From: Gemmatales bacterium
Lineage (GTDB): Bacteria > Planctomycetota > Planctomycetia > Gemmatales > HRBIN36
Reading direction: 5' to 3'
NCBI GenBank assembly: GCA_041640595.1
Contig: JBEPZY010000009.1
Location: forward strand, 130,342 to 194,341
DNA length: 64,000 nt
Shown here: in pieces, positions 48,227-58,374 of the stretch
Position numbering within the stretch: position 1 is the first letter of the stretch
How the letters are laid out: each line of letters begins with the position of its first letter
The notes under the pieces: generated by a model
Seen by the model: only the letters and a program-made list of their open reading frames with translations
The model's database searches: none
Told to the model about the DNA's origin: nothing
Translations under genes and position numbers: made by a program

Positions 48227-48601
48227 ATGGCCATTGTCAAGAACGTCCATCGCGATGGGCAGCCGTTTCCTATGGGCAACACCGAATCCCGGGTCGTCAT
48301 TCATCCCCGCGACGGGGCCAAACACGTAACCTTCAACTATGTCCGTTTCGCCCCCTATGCAGAGTTCCCGCAGCACGTTCACGAAAATTCCGAGGACGTA
48401 TTTTTCGTGATTGAAGGCAATGGCTGGCTGAAGCAGGGGGATAAATTAACGCCGATCGGACCTGGTGACGTTGTCTTTGTTCCCGCCGGTGAGCAGCACG
48501 GAACCGTGGCCGGGCCAAACGGCATGGTGGTCGTTAGCTGCCAAGGGCCACCTGATCCCAAGCTATATACCGGCGAACGTGACTCCTCTCGTTGCCGCTA
48601 A
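48227..48601 (+). CDS. Cupin domain protein
   Basis: HVHENSEDVFFVIEG and GDVVFVPAGEQH motifs. Confidence 0.9.
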   Translation: MAIVKNVHRDGQPFPMGNTESRVVIHPRDGAKHVTFNYVRFAPYAEFPQHVHENSEDVFFVIEGNGWLKQGDKLTPIGPGDVVFVPAGEQHGTVAGPNGMVVVSCQGPPDPKLYTGERDSSRCR

Positions 48602-50514
48602 GCCGATGATAAAGGTTGTGGCGACCATCCGCCGATAACTTCGCCAGTGGGCCGACCGTGAGTTTTCTCGTCAAACTGCTGACGCCCATCACTGCGTCCA
48701 GGCCAGTGTTCCAGGACTGTCCAGGCGCCCGCCACCAGCCATTGAATTAGGGCCAGGATGGTTTCGAACGGGAAACGAACCGCTCCCCGCTGAAAAGCGA
48801 GGTTGTAATAGCAGGCAAGCCAGCTGGTCGCCAGTACCGTTACCGCGAAAACTGCCCCGGCCCGACCCAATAACCAGCTCAGACGTGGCCAGGGGCGTTC
48901 GGCTTCCCATTCCCACCACTCTGGACGGAAACAACAGGCAACCAGCATCAGCAGCGGCACCACAAACGGATGCAAATCGTAATGCATAAAGTGGAAGCAC
49001 GTCAACAGGCCACCTGTAACGCAGAATGCTCCCAGAGGCGAGTTGAAAAAAGCCGGTGGTGCCAGCTGCCGACGTTGCCGCCACCACGATAATCCGAAGG
49101 CTATCGTGGCGGTTACCATACCGACCAGGATGAGGAGTAGCCGCGAAAGAAAAGTTACCGGCAACCGCAGTCCGAAGAACAAACCTTCTGCTTCCGCATT
49201 CACCTGCTGCAACCGCAACACCGAGCCGTCCTTACGCACAACGAGAACGGCCCCGCGGTTTTGTGCATCCTCTGGCCGTTCCCATCGCCAGGTAGGCAAG
49301 GGGCTGCCCCGTTCGTCGCGGGCATCCGGCCAGTAATCCTGACCCCATCCGAATCGCCAGTGCGCTTGCAAAGTTCGCCAGTCCCAGATGGGGCGCCGCG
49401 GCAAAGCATACAGGTCCCGGCTCATCCAGACCCAGTTTTCATCCCGATCGTACACGTCGGCAGCTCGCTGTCCCACCTGCCACCAGCGTCGCCACACTTC
49501 CCACGCTCGAGCTAACCGATCCCGGGTGAGGGCTATTCTCCAGCCAGGGCCCTGATCGTCCCAGTAAATCACTCGCTTCAGGATTTGCTTGTATCCTGCT
49601 CCGGAGTCAGATTCGGCCGCGATTCCGGGCAGGGGAGGAAGTAGCATGGGTATGGTGGCGACCAGGAGCACGGCGGCTGAGGTAAGCATTCCCGCTATTA
49701 CGCGCCAAGCCATGAGCACCAGCGGCAACCAGGCGAGGGCTCCGAAAAAAACCGGTTTATATGCCAGCAATCCCCAAACCAGACCGGCCGACCACAATCG
49801 TCCGCGTCGCCACAATGCCAGTCCCGCCGCCACCAAAAACAGCGTTACTATGGCATTCTGGCCCAGCACCAGTCCGTGATAGCAGTTGGGAAATACCCAG
49901 ACTGCCAGCGCCGCTTCCCCGGTACGCAATCGCTCTCCGGTCGCCACGCGAATACACCAGGCGGCTACGAACGCTAACAGGGCATAAATCAGGACTACCA
50001 CTCGATGCGCTGGTTCGGGTGGTAGCCAGGCCCACAGCATGGTGATCATTCCCCAGATAGGCGGATAAAGCGGCCCCTCAATTTCGGACCTCGGCAAAGT
50101 GGTATCGGGCTGGCTGTTCCACATCCCCTTGAGCAGCAGGTCGCGGTACATCCATTCCAGCTCATTGCCGTGGTAGCCTTGCGCGAGAACTTCGCGCTGG
50201 GGTTTGACCAGATAAAGTTGATAACCACGTCCCTGTCCCATCATCCTGCCGATGAGCCATTGCCCGGCAAAATCGCAGGTGACGTGCCCCTTACATGTCC
50301 AGGCGTATTCGACCGTACGAGCTGCTACCAAAACCGCCAGCAACCAGCAGCAACCGTTAAGCACCCGCCGCCAGTAGCGAACCACGATCGGCCCAAGGGC
50401 AATCCCTTTCCACCAGCACCATCCTAACCCACCGCCTATACCGAGCACCGGCACCGCCAGTAACGACAGACCCAGCCACCAGATTGTCTCCGACGTAAGC
50501 AGCAATCTATACAC
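48598..50514 (-). CDS. GT-C membrane glycosyltransferase (GT87/DUF2029-like)
   Basis: DF, YPP, LGQN, AYKP and HYD motifs with many TM helices. Confidence 0.78.
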   Translation of the reverse strand: MYRLLLTSETIWWLGLSLLAVPVLGIGGGLGWCWWKGIALGPIVVRYWRRVLNGCCWLLAVLVAARTVEYAWTCKGHVTCDFAGQWLIGRMMGQGRGYQLYLVKPQREVLAQGYHGNELEWMYRDLLLKGMWNSQPDTTLPRSEIEGPLYPPIWGMITMLWAWLPPEPAHRVVVLIYALLAFVAAWCIRVATGERLRTGEAALAVWVFPNCYHGLVLGQNAIVTLFLVAAGLALWRRGRLWSAGLVWGLLAYKPVFFGALAWLPLVLMAWRVIAGMLTSAAVLLVATIPMLLPPLPGIAAESDSGAGYKQILKRVIYWDDQGPGWRIALTRDRLARAWEVWRRWWQVGQRAADVYDRDENWVWMSRDLYALPRRPIWDWRTLQAHWRFGWGQDYWPDARDERGSPLPTWRWERPEDAQNRGAVLVVRKDGSVLRLQQVNAEAEGLFFGLRLPVTFLSRLLLILVGMVTATIAFGLSWWRQRRQLAPPAFFNSPLGAFCVTGGLLTCFHFMHYDLHPFVVPLLMLVACCFRPEWWEWEAERPWPRLSWLLGRAGAVFAVTVLATSWLACYYNLAFQRGAVRFPFETILALIQWLVAGAWTVLEHWPGRSDGRQQFDEKTHGRPTGEVIGGWSPQPLSSA

Positions 50515-50806
50515 CTCCGTTTTGTTTCGCCAATACCCCGGTGGTCTGGCAAACGTAACCCAGGGCTTGCTTGCAATATTTTAGCCCGGTTTTTTCAACA
50601 TTCGCCTGCTGGCCGGGAATGTATTGTTACAACCGCGGACAGGTTTGGATGTGCTACCGAAATATTGAAGGTGCCGTGGCAAAAATGGCTTCCCCAAATG
50701 TGCCCATGAGTTTCGGTGCTGAAATCTGCGGCAACCTATCTGCAATAACTGACCGTATCTCCGAGTGGTTTTCGAGCCGGTGCTTTGCTGCGATAGGGGA
50801 GCGGGG

Positions 50807-52327
50807 CTACGGCTTGGGGCTGGGCGTCAGTTGAATTTCCGGCGTCAAAATTGGCCGATGGCGTGGAATAGCAGCCCGAAAGTCGCCGAGACTGCGCCAA
50901 TAGGTTCTGCGGTTCAAATCTACTTCCGCCACAGCGACGCTTCCCCACCGTTCTGCCTGAGCCAGTACCTCGCCAGTGCGGTCGAAAATGGCGGAAATCA
51001 TCCAGTTGCGGGAGACATCTTCGTAGGTGCTACTGACGAGGAAAACGTGATTCTCACAAGCCCGGGCCCGCGCCAGTAAAGGATTGCAGCCCCAAACAGG
51101 CCAGGCGATGATTTCCGCGCCACGGTTGCTTAATTCCCGGGCCACCTCCGGGAAGAAGCCATCGTAGCAGACCATGAGACCGATCCGCCCGATGGCCGTG
51201 TCGAAGACTGGGTAGTCTTTACCGGGGGTCAGCCCGGCTTCCACTTCGGAGCGGGGCAAGCAAACCTTACGGTATTTGCCAATGAGCCGGCCGTCCGGGC
51301 CAAACAATACCGCCACGTTGTACAGGCAATGCCCATCCCGCTCGACCAACCCGGCGACCAGATGAAACCGATGCCGCCGGGCCATCTCAGCGAAGTATCG
51401 GCTGCAAGGGCCGTCGGGAACAGCCTCCGCAACTTCCGCGAACGATTTGCCCAGCCCTACGTATGGAACCACCTCGCCAAGCACAACCAAGTCCGCCTTT
51501 TGCCGTGCCGCTTCGTCCAGTAAGGGTTCGTACATGCGGCAATTGTCCAGAGGCGTTTTTCCTCCGGAGGGGCGAAAATGCACGGTCGCCAGGCGGACAA
51601 TTCGCAGCGCCGGTGGTGTCGTTTTCTCCCAGCGGGCATCCTTATAAACCACACGTCCGCCTGGCGCCCACCGTAAATGCAACCGCACGACAGCCGACCT
51701 GGCTTGCTTCGGAGCGCGATAGATACCGTGCATAGTTTGGAAGTGTTCCAGGCCGTCCCAGACAACGGGTCCAGAGAAAGGAAATTCGCTTTCGGCCATG
51801 GGCGTATAGCCGGGCAGGTAATTAGGAACCGTTGGTTCGTCGGTTTGCACCTTCCCGCCCTTTTCATCCCGCCAGTGGATTTCAACGCAGACACTCCGCC
51901 GTTCCACCGCCACATTTTCAGCCCAGTACTTGCACGAAAACTGGTACCACTGACCGCCTTCGACCGGGAATGTTTTTTCCCAGTAACCGTCCAGCCCCTC
52001 ACGCTGGTCATGGTGAATCATCAGGCGCAGACTACCGAGCGTATCCACGGAAGCAAAAAATCGAGGCCGAATTTCCGGTCGCGGCGACCTGGGCAACCAG
52101 CCCGCTTTGATGCCCAAACGCTCACGTTCGGCTTCCGCATTGGTTTGCTCCGCACTGGGAAGTTTCGCATTCGACGGAGCTTTCTCCTGGGCGTGTAAAA
52201 CCTGACCAGTCGAGTACAGACGGATTGGCAGGAGCTCCAATATTGCACAACACAGGTACAAGGCCCAGAATGTAACCATCCCCGCGATGACAATCATAGC
52301 CAGTCGCCACCAGCTACGCCGAAGCAT
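50807..52327 (-). CDS. Carbon-nitrogen hydrolase (nitrilase) family protein with an N-terminal beta-sandwich domain
   Basis: Glu-Lys-Cys triad motifs VLGE, YRKV and VCYDGFFPE; N-terminal export signal. Confidence 0.88.
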   Translation of the reverse strand: MLRRSWWRLAMIVIAGMVTFWALYLCCAILELLPIRLYSTGQVLHAQEKAPSNAKLPSAEQTNAEAERERLGIKAGWLPRSPRPEIRPRFFASVDTLGSLRLMIHHDQREGLDGYWEKTFPVEGGQWYQFSCKYWAENVAVERRSVCVEIHWRDEKGGKVQTDEPTVPNYLPGYTPMAESEFPFSGPVVWDGLEHFQTMHGIYRAPKQARSAVVRLHLRWAPGGRVVYKDARWEKTTPPALRIVRLATVHFRPSGGKTPLDNCRMYEPLLDEAARQKADLVVLGEVVPYVGLGKSFAEVAEAVPDGPCSRYFAEMARRHRFHLVAGLVERDGHCLYNVAVLFGPDGRLIGKYRKVCLPRSEVEAGLTPGKDYPVFDTAIGRIGLMVCYDGFFPEVARELSNRGAEIIAWPVWGCNPLLARARACENHVFLVSSTYEDVSRNWMISAIFDRTGEVLAQAERWGSVAVAEVDLNRRTYWRSLGDFRAAIPRHRPILTPEIQLTPSPKP

Positions 52328-52340
52328 GGGTTCGTCTCCT

Positions 52341-52769
52341 TTAGCTCGCGTTGGCGTCAGTTAAACCGAGCCGTTCCGCTTCGTCCAGCGCTTGGTTGCA
52401 GAGCTTGTCGGCCTGGCGATTTTGCTTTCTCGGCACATGGATAATCCGGACCTCGTCAAACTGACGTATAAGTGCCTGGGCCTGGTCGTAAAGCTGGCGG
52501 AGCTTTGGATCGCGCACCTGGTAAATGCCGTTGATCTGGCGCACCAGCAGTTCGCTGTCGCTAAAAATCTGGACGCGGCGTTCACCCATCTGCAAGGCCC
52601 GCTGCAAAGCATGCAGAAGAGCCAGGTACTCAGCAACATTGTTGGTGGTGTGCCCGACAAAACGTTTCTCTTCTGCCAGCAGCTGGCCATCTCGGGAGAA
52701 GACCACTCCGAATGCTGCCGGGCCTGGGTTTCCCCGTGCGGCGCCGTCAATGTGAATGACCAGGGACAT
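52341..52769 (-). CDS. rnhA: Ribonuclease HI family protein
   Basis: DGAARGNPG, TNNVAEY, SDSEL and NRQADKL. Confidence 0.92.
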   Translation of the reverse strand: MSLVIHIDGAARGNPGPAAFGVVFSRDGQLLAEEKRFVGHTTNNVAEYLALLHALQRALQMGERRVQIFSDSELLVRQINGIYQVRDPKLRQLYDQAQALIRQFDEVRIIHVPRKQNRQADKLCNQALDEAERLGLTDANAS

Positions 52770-53031
52770 GGTCGCCTTATCGCTCAGGAATTGCCTAATG
52801 TTTTGCCCACCGGGCTGTGGATTAGTCCCGCAATAGCAGAAGCCTGCTAACGATTATTGTGAGGAACCTCAAAAAATTTGCCACCCGCCGCGAAAGCCCC
52901 CTTGTAATTTTTTTCTGGCGGATTATTATTCGCCCCAAGAAATGAGGCGTGGGAATCGCTGGGCTGCAGCTGTGATGGCTGCCGATTTCCGCCACCGCCT
53001 CATCCAAGGGGTCCCTGGAGGCCAGAACTGT

Positions 53032-54543
53032 ATGAGCGACAAGGAGCAGACCGCAGCGCTGCCCACCAACGTGGCTTCGGAGACGTTACCTTCGGAGGAA
53101 GAAGAACCTCCCAGTCAATCTCGTCGCTGGCCGGTTTGGCGTGATGTTCCTGATCATCTCTGGGACGATTGGCGCTGGCAGTCCCAGCACGCCGTTCGCA
53201 CCGTCTCTCAACTCAGTCGCTACCTGCACTTCGAGCGTGAGGAACTGGAAATCCTCAAGCGTCTCGAGCGAAACTACAAACTCGCCATTCCCCCTTATTA
53301 CCTGTCGTTGATTAATCCGGACGATCCCAACGATCCCATCCGTTTGCAGGCGGTGCCTTCGGTGCTCGAACTGGAGAACCGCTCGGGTTACGAACTGGAA
53401 GATCCCCTGGAAGAAGACAAAGATATGCCTGTTCCTGGTTTGACCCATCGTTACCCCGACCGCGTGTTGCTGGCCATCACCCACGTCTGCACCATGTATT
53501 GCCGATTTTGCACACGCAAACGCAAAACGATGGTGCGTGGCGGCTGGGAGGCAATTACCGCTGCCGATCGCCAGATGATCGAATATATCCGCCAGCATCG
53601 CGAAGTCCGCGATGTGATCGTCTCCGGTGGTGATCCGCTTACTCTGCCTCCAGCACGACTGAAATTCTTCCTCGACGAACTCAAGGCCATTCCTCACGTG
53701 GATGTCATCCGCATTGGCACGCGCGTACCGGTCACGTTACCGCAACGCCTCTATGACTCCCAGCTGATTGAGTTACTGGCTTCCGCGGAAAAAGTCTGGA
53801 TTCAAACCCACTTCAACCATCCGCGCGAGGTGACCCCCGAGGCGGCCCGTGTGTGCAAAGCTCTGCTGCGTGCCGGTATGCCCGTCAACAATCACACTGT
53901 TTTGCTCAAAGGCGTCAACGACTCCCTGGAGACCATGCGCCAGCTGATGCGGGCACTGTTACGCATCAAGGTCCGGCCGTACTACTTGTTCCACTGTGAC
54001 CCGGTCATCGGCGCCGGGCATTTCCGCACTTCTATTTGGAAGGGTCTGGAGATTATGGAAGGGCTACGCGGGCACCTCTCCGGCCTGGGAATACCCACCT
54101 ACGTTATTGACGGCCCCCATGGTGCTGGAAAGATTCCGATTATGCCTAATTACCTGGTGTCCGCATCGGACGATGCCGTGGTTTTGCGCAATTACGAAGG
54201 CATGCTCATTCGCTACCAGGCGGAAGATAAGCCCCAAATGACTCGTCCCACGCGCACGCAAGGAGTCAGTGCCCTATTGCAAGGGGATCGTACTGCTCTC
54301 ATTCCCGAGGGCACAGAGCGCATACGTCGCCGGGCTCTTATCGCCCAGCAACGGTTGCAACAACTGCTCTTCCAGGAAAACGACAAGCCTGAAGGTAGCA
54401 CTCCGGCATCGGTGAGTGTACCAGCATCGGCTGCGGCTTCTGATTTGGGTACGGCAACCGAAGTGGTCCGGGCCCGGCGTCGGCGTTCCCGTAGCCAATC
54501 AACTCCTGTACCGGCACTTCCTGCAGAGCTGGCTGCACCATGA
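53032..54543 (+). CDS. KamA family radical SAM enzyme (lysine 2,3-aminomutase-like)
   Basis: THRYPDR, CTMYCRFC (CxxxCxxC), SGGDPL, HFNHP and GKIP (PLP lysine). Confidence 0.92.
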   Translation: MSDKEQTAALPTNVASETLPSEEEEPPSQSRRWPVWRDVPDHLWDDWRWQSQHAVRTVSQLSRYLHFEREELEILKRLERNYKLAIPPYYLSLINPDDPNDPIRLQAVPSVLELENRSGYELEDPLEEDKDMPVPGLTHRYPDRVLLAITHVCTMYCRFCTRKRKTMVRGGWEAITAADRQMIEYIRQHREVRDVIVSGGDPLTLPPARLKFFLDELKAIPHVDVIRIGTRVPVTLPQRLYDSQLIELLASAEKVWIQTHFNHPREVTPEAARVCKALLRAGMPVNNHTVLLKGVNDSLETMRQLMRALLRIKVRPYYLFHCDPVIGAGHFRTSIWKGLEIMEGLRGHLSGLGIPTYVIDGPHGAGKIPIMPNYLVSASDDAVVLRNYEGMLIRYQAEDKPQMTRPTRTQGVSALLQGDRTALIPEGTERIRRRALIAQQRLQQLLFQENDKPEGSTPASVSVPASAAASDLGTATEVVRARRRRSRSQSTPVPALPAELAAP

Positions 54544-55625
54544 GAATCGGCATCACCTTCGACCTCAAAGACCACCAGTTCTCTGGCGGCTTGCCCGAGG
54601 ATTGGCAGGAAGAATTTGATTCTCCGCAGACGATTGAGGCAATCGCCGCTGTCTTAAGGCAGCTCGGCCACGAGGTAACTTTGTTGGGCGATGGGCCGAT
54701 GCTTGTTTCTCGCTTGCTTGCCGATCCGCCCGACTTCGTTTTCAATTTTGCCGAAGGCCAGGGAGTCAGCCGTTGCCGGGAAGCCCGTGTACCGGCAATT
54801 TTGGAATTGCTCGGCGTTCCCTATACTGGTTCCGATGCGCTCAGTCTGGCGGCTACTCTTGATAAAGATGTGGCGCGTCGGCTGGTGGCATCTCACGGCG
54901 TGAAGGTGGCCCCGGGTTTTGTGGTGGAGACCAACGGTCAGGTATCGCCCGTTCTCGGGCTGGCGGAAGATGGCCAGCACCGTGTGCGAGAAGTTGGCCT
55001 TGCTCCGCCTGGTCTGGTCGAGGCTTGCCAGAGCCTGACATTTCCCTTGATCGTCAAACCTGCCTGGGAAGGTTCCAGTAAGGGCATTCGTCGAACTTCC
55101 CTTGTCCATGACTTCAAAAGCCTCGAACAAGCCGTAAACGCGGTTCACCGTTCCTATAATCAACCGGCCCTGGTGGAGGAGTTCATCGCAGGCGAAGAAG
55201 TAACCGTCGGCATAATCGGCAACGATCCGCCGCGGTTGCTGGGCATGCTTCATGTGTTGCCCCGGCAGAAGTGTGAACATTTCATCTACAGCCTCGAAGT
55301 GAAACGCAATTACCGTCGCCTGGTGGATTACGAATCACCGCCACGGTTACCGGCGGAAGTTTTGGGGCGGGTAGAGCAAGCGGCTCTGCGAGCTTTCCGT
55401 GCCCTGGGTTGTCGCGACGTTTGCCGATTGGATTTCCGCATCAGAAACGGGGAGCCATATTTTCTCGAAGCCAACCCTTTGCCCGGATTGCACCCGGAAG
55501 ATAGCGATCTGGTGATCCTGGCCCGGCTCAACGGCTGGTCCTATACGCGGTTGATTACGTCCATTCTGGAGGCAGCGCTGCAACGTTATCGCATACCCAC
55601 TGCCTGTGCGGCCCTGCCGTGTTGA
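54540..55625 (+). CDS. D-Ala-D-Ala ligase-like ATP-grasp enzyme
   Basis: FNFAEG, PYTGS, VKPAWEGSSKG, RLDFR and LEANPLPGL; ATGA overlap with the KamA gene. Confidence 0.88.
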   Translation: MRIGITFDLKDHQFSGGLPEDWQEEFDSPQTIEAIAAVLRQLGHEVTLLGDGPMLVSRLLADPPDFVFNFAEGQGVSRCREARVPAILELLGVPYTGSDALSLAATLDKDVARRLVASHGVKVAPGFVVETNGQVSPVLGLAEDGQHRVREVGLAPPGLVEACQSLTFPLIVKPAWEGSSKGIRRTSLVHDFKSLEQAVNAVHRSYNQPALVEEFIAGEEVTVGIIGNDPPRLLGMLHVLPRQKCEHFIYSLEVKRNYRRLVDYESPPRLPAEVLGRVEQAALRAFRALGCRDVCRLDFRIRNGEPYFLEANPLPGLHPEDSDLVILARLNGWSYTRLITSILEAALQRYRIPTACAALPC

Positions 55626-55884
55626 ATTGTCGTCTGCGGTCAATCCCGGTGGCTTACCGGTCACATCCGGTAATACCTCGCACAAAAGATTTCGACAGAA
55701 GGCTGCTCTCAGCATAGCCGCTGCCGTCGGGCGATTAGTTTGCTTGAGCAGTGAGCGTGATTTAATCGGGTTCACCGTTCGGCGCGGCTGCGGGCCATAT
55801 CCGATGCGCTCGCCTGCTTGACTGAGAGTATTGGTGTCCGCTGGAACGGTTTTTGAAATTGCTGTGGTAACGGTTTCAATTTTC

Positions 55885-57795
55885 TCACGTCAGCGGGCGA
55901 TTCTGTCGCTGGTTCCGCAAAACCTTACGCCGGGCGGCCGCGGCAATTTTACGCCACCATTGTTTCCAGTCGCACTTTTTGGGCAGACCGTCGCGCAAAT
56001 AAGCCAGCAGAAAACGCAAACGGTCGGTACGGGAAATCGCCGGTTCATTGTGGAAGCTCGCCTGCAATCGTGCCAGGTCACGCATGCGGCGAGTCTGCGT
56101 CAGCACAAGCGGTCGGGATAAGCCCACCAGGTCCACCAGGTGTAATTCCGGTTCATCACCACCTTCTTCAAGGTAGCAGCGTGGCACAAGGAAATGTGCG
56201 GCTTTCAGATCGCGGTCGGAGAAACCGTGGCGGTGTAACCGAGCCACCAGTTTCGCGACGGCCCGAATCAACTGCCAGTAGCGATCCGGCCCATCACGAG
56301 GAATTTGTTTCTGCAAATAAGCGATAGCTTGTCGTAAATCCACCACATCCTCCAATTTCTCGCATACGAGCAAAGCCCAGGCAGGACAAAATCGCCGATA
56401 TCCATGCAAAAGCGCCAGCGGTCGCGGCGTTGGAATGCCTCGCTGCCACAGAGCGTGTCCGTATTGCCAGGAGCGACTGGCTGGCCCCAACCGATACCGT
56501 TCGGCCAACCGCAATCGCAATGACTCCAGCCGAAAACATTTCACCACCACAGCTACCAGACGCTCGCCCAGGCAAACCGTGGTTTGCCAGAATCCACCCC
56601 GGCGTCCGCGATTTTGCCAGCAGGGCAGGGCATCGGCAACGGAATGTTGCTGCAACTCGCCACTAGGAATCTGCTCCTGACCAGACTGGATTTGGCCGGC
56701 GGTTTCACCGCTGGAAGCTGGCGTGGAATTATCGGGAGCAGCAGATTCGCTGGACCTGCGGCCGGGCAACAGCATCGCTGCCTCGTCGGCAATCTGCTCT
56801 AAGGCAGTCGTGGGCAATTCCCGAACTGCCCAGGCTCGCCAGCGAAACTCCGTTTCCGAAGTGTTACAACTGTTCGGTGAAAACCAGCGGTAGAAGTAAC
56901 GATTCTCCGACCACACACGTGTTTCCCGCCGGCGATAAAAACACACCAGCGAACGCCACAAGGATTTCTCCAGTTGCCTGGCAGCTTGTCTTTCCTGTGC
57001 GGGCGGTATTTGCAGATCGCTGCGGTAACGAATATACGCCCGGAGGAAACGTCGCCGATCGATCGCACGTGTGCGCTCCAGAAACCAACTCCCGAACAGC
57101 ACTAGATTCCGACGGGAACGGTACCACGAGACGACTCGGCTTAGCCGAATTTCCCATGCGTCGGTTACATAAATTTTCGGTTCCTCGCCGGGTTGGTAAG
57201 TGATGAGCAAATTCCCGGCGTGCAGGTCGGCATGGTAAGCGCCGGCACGGTGCAGCGCGGCAATAATCCGTGCGACCACATCAGGCAGAACGAATGTCAG
57301 ACGCTGTCGTTCGCAAGTGGTCAGGTTGGGAAAAATTTCGATTAGCCAGCGATCCAGCGGCACCGCATCTTCGAGACCTACTGTAACTACAAAAGCGTGT
57401 CGCTGGTCGGAACCACAGGCGATCGGCTCCAGTGTCAGAATACCTTGCCGTAGCAAACTTAGCAATTTCTCGCATTCTTCGCGCGCTTTGTTGGAAACGC
57501 CAAGCGTCTCCGCCAGTCGGCGAAAACCAGTCAGCGGATACAGCTTGATGTACACGGCCTTTTTCCCTGCCAGACCAAAATCAGGGTTCGCGGTGTGCTG
57601 GGGCAGGAGTTGCAGGCTCAATTCGACGCGGAAAACCTTGCGATGTGGAGCATCCTTGACAAGATGAAGTCTCCCTGAATCTCGCCATTCTTGCCAGCGC
57701 AGGCCAGTGTCGGAAAACAGTATCTGGCGCCACTCCGGTACGACGCTCCATCGGGCTGCGGGGAAACAAAGCTGGCTCCAACCATCCGTGTACAT
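55885..57795 (-). CDS. Lipopolysaccharide kinase (Kdo/WaaP/InaA) family protein with two kinase domains
   Basis: LHRAGAYHADLHAGN in domain 1 and LHRHGFSDRDLKAAH in domain 2; D(R)xRFLxAY in both. Confidence 0.82.
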   Translation of the reverse strand: MYTDGWSQLCFPAARWSVVPEWRQILFSDTGLRWQEWRDSGRLHLVKDAPHRKVFRVELSLQLLPQHTANPDFGLAGKKAVYIKLYPLTGFRRLAETLGVSNKAREECEKLLSLLRQGILTLEPIACGSDQRHAFVVTVGLEDAVPLDRWLIEIFPNLTTCERQRLTFVLPDVVARIIAALHRAGAYHADLHAGNLLITYQPGEEPKIYVTDAWEIRLSRVVSWYRSRRNLVLFGSWFLERTRAIDRRRFLRAYIRYRSDLQIPPAQERQAARQLEKSLWRSLVCFYRRRETRVWSENRYFYRWFSPNSCNTSETEFRWRAWAVRELPTTALEQIADEAAMLLPGRRSSESAAPDNSTPASSGETAGQIQSGQEQIPSGELQQHSVADALPCWQNRGRRGGFWQTTVCLGERLVAVVVKCFRLESLRLRLAERYRLGPASRSWQYGHALWQRGIPTPRPLALLHGYRRFCPAWALLVCEKLEDVVDLRQAIAYLQKQIPRDGPDRYWQLIRAVAKLVARLHRHGFSDRDLKAAHFLVPRCYLEEGGDEPELHLVDLVGLSRPLVLTQTRRMRDLARLQASFHNEPAISRTDRLRFLLAYLRDGLPKKCDWKQWWRKIAAAARRKVLRNQRQNRPLT

Positions 57796-57822
57796 GAGCG
57801 TAATCCTGTTGCACCGGCCAAC

Positions 57823-58287
57823 CTATCGGCGGCGATCTTTGCGTGCCAGCGCTCGAGCAATCTCCCGGCGAGCTTCCGCTTCTTTGATTTTCTGGCGTTT
57901 GTCGTATTGCTTTTTGCCGCGTGCGACAGCAAGTTTGACTTTCGCCCAGCCGTCCTTGAAGTACATCTGCAGCGGGATCAGGGTATAGCCCTTTTGCGTC
58001 ACCTGGCCGCTCAAACGGGCAATCTCACGCCGGTGCAGCAACAGTTTGCGGGGGCGTTTCGGATCGTGGTTACCGTAAGCGGCGGCGCTATACTCGGGTA
58101 TGTCGCAATGCAGCAACCAGACTTCCCCGTCTCGAATTCTTGCGTAGGCCTGGTCGAGACCCACACGGTTCTGCCGCAAGCTTTTGACCTCCGTGCCAGT
58201 CAGGGCAATGCCGCATTCGATGGTGTCCAAAATCTCGAAATCGTGCAACGCCCGGCGGTTCTGGGCGATCACCTGAATATGCGGCAT
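57823..58287 (-). CDS. smpB: SsrA-binding protein
   Basis: IAQNRRA, GIALTGTEVKSLR, RKLLLHRREI and GKKQYDKR. Confidence 0.96.
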   Translation of the reverse strand: MPHIQVIAQNRRALHDFEILDTIECGIALTGTEVKSLRQNRVGLDQAYARIRDGEVWLLHCDIPEYSAAAYGNHDPKRPRKLLLHRREIARLSGQVTQKGYTLIPLQMYFKDGWAKVKLAVARGKKQYDKRQKIKEAEARREIARALARKDRRR

Positions 58288-58374
58288 GGATTTTCCCTGC
58301 TCCCGGGCCATAACTCACCTCCGGCGACAATATCATACGGATGGCCGCAAGGGTTTGAGAAGACTGGTTCAGCT

